Part shown: one piece after another, positions 63,218 through 64,000 of the stretch | Numbering within the stretch: the first letter of the stretch is position 1 | Layout: the number at the start of each line of letters is the position of its first letter | NCBI GenBank assembly: GCA_020049465.1 | Contig: JAIFKS010000010.1 | Coordinates: 8,498-72,497, forward strand | Origin: a bacterium | GTDB lineage: Bacteria > Krumholzibacteriota > Krumholzibacteriia > LZORAL124-64-63 | Direction of reading: 5' to 3' | DNA: 64,000 bases | Program-made: the position numbers and the translations under genes | The notes under the pieces: generated by a model | What the model saw: only the letters and a program-made list of their open reading frames with translations | What the model was told of the DNA's origin: nothing | The model's database searches: none

Positions 63218-64000
63218 TCAGTCCAGAAATTCCCACTCGCCCTGGACGCGCGTCGCATCCAGCAGGCGGAGCACCAGCACGTCGATGGTCTCAGCGATCA
63301 TGTCTTCCAGTCCCGGCGCGCTGGCGGTGACGCCGGGAACCTCGAGGTCGACATTCCCTTCCGTGTCGCGCAGGACGCTGACATGGTGTTCGTCGGGATT
63401 GTCCTGGGTCAGGTGTTTGCCAAAGTTGTGGCGCCGCTTCGTGACACGCCAAGCCGACGTCGCGGTCTTCAGGTCGTAGCATTCGAGCGTGACCTCGATC
63501 GTTCGGCCGATGCTGCCCCGAAGGCCGCTCGCTTGAATCAACGAACGGTCCTCCATCAGGTTGTAGTCAACCCGCGCGATCACCAGATGGTCGGCTGTGG
63601 GGAAGGCCGCCTGAATCGGCGCCAGCCGGTTCGGGCGCAGGATGCCACCACTGGCAAAGACCTCCAGGGTTGCGACGAGTTCCGACTCGGGAACGCGATC
63701 GCGCACTTCCGGCCACGGCCAGACGGTAACGCGGTCGGAGACGACGATCAGCGGCGCGCGAAGGTTGTGCGACCAGCCGTCTGCCTGCGCCAGAAGGTCG
63801 CCCTCGGTGATACCGGGATCGACGGCGCACAGTTTGTCCAGCCTGGCGCGGGACCCGAGCACCACGCCGCCGATGATGATCTCCGATTGCTCCATGGGCG
63901 TGCCATTGAAGATGAATTGCGGATTTGCCGAGGAGCCCGTGCGTTCGTGCTTGGCCAGTTCACGGAATGAGCAACCGGTGGCCAGCGTCATCGCCACCAA
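63218..64000 (-). CDS. Hypothetical protein, N-terminus beyond window edge
   Basis: 260 codons open to the window end with protein-like composition; no recognisable motif. Confidence 0.4.
   Translation of the reverse strand: MVAMTLATGCSFRELAKHERTGSSANPQFIFNGTPMEQSEIIIGGVVLGSRARLDKLCAVDPGITEGDLLAQADGWSHNLRAPLIVVSDRVTVWPWPEVRDRVPESELVATLEVFASGGILRPNRLAPIQAAFPTADHLVIARVDYNLMEDRSLIQASGLRGSIGRTIEVTLECYDLKTATSAWRVTKRRHNFGKHLTQDNPDEHHVSVLRDTEGNVDLEVPGVTASAPGLEDMIAETIDVLVLRLLDATRVQGEWEFLD

Noticed and set aside
1-64000. Search for tRNA / rRNA genes (T-loop GGTTCGAATCC-like motifs, 16S/23S conserved stretches) in all intergenic gaps
   Set aside because: No such motifs seen by eye. The intergenic gaps are short apart from the regulatory regions described above.

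Overview
This is a 64-kb window of very GC-rich (~70%) bacterial DNA, compact and coding on both strands. The ORF track is heavily polluted by long Arg/Gly/Pro-rich antisense ORFs, so I re-derived genes by reading protein-like composition and recognisable motifs.

Housekeeping genes: radA, ispD, rlmM, and a sucA-sucB-lpdA operon in which lpdA is broken by a perfect 56-bp tandem duplication. There is also an MFS transporter upstream of a TonB-dependent receptor, an AGCS symporter, a patatin-like phospholipase and a ROK kinase.

Signalling: an ECF sigma factor translationally coupled to a TPR-containing Ser/Thr kinase, a HAMP + PP2C membrane sensor phosphatase, and a stand-alone PP2C phosphatase.

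Heavy-metal efflux: a CusCBA/CzcCBA-type operon preceded by a small periplasmic 'CPMH...CxxCGM' metal-binding protein.

Secreted enzymes: two S8 subtilases, a multicopper oxidase, two paralogous ~1500-aa HExxH multidomain proteins, and a papain-fold protein. All six end in the same ~80-aa C-terminal sorting domain (T9SS-CTD / FlgD-Ig-like). Each giant HExxH gene is preceded, 12-13 bp upstream, by a homologous small secreted coiled-coil protein gene, so this two-gene module occurs twice.

The 40.5-63 kb part looks like an accessory island. It is bracketed by two same-orientation 3'-end remnants of an IS91-like (Y2) transposase gene. It contains six perfect plus three degenerate copies of the 14-bp palindrome TTGCGCCGGCGCAA, all intergenic. 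It also holds a 5 x 18-bp tandem repeat next to an AT-rich tract, a duplicated ~45-bp promoter-like element, an internally deleted Ser/Thr kinase pseudogene, and lower-GC hypothetical genes.

No tRNA, rRNA or CRISPR was seen. Hand-derived coordinates may be off by 1-2 nt.
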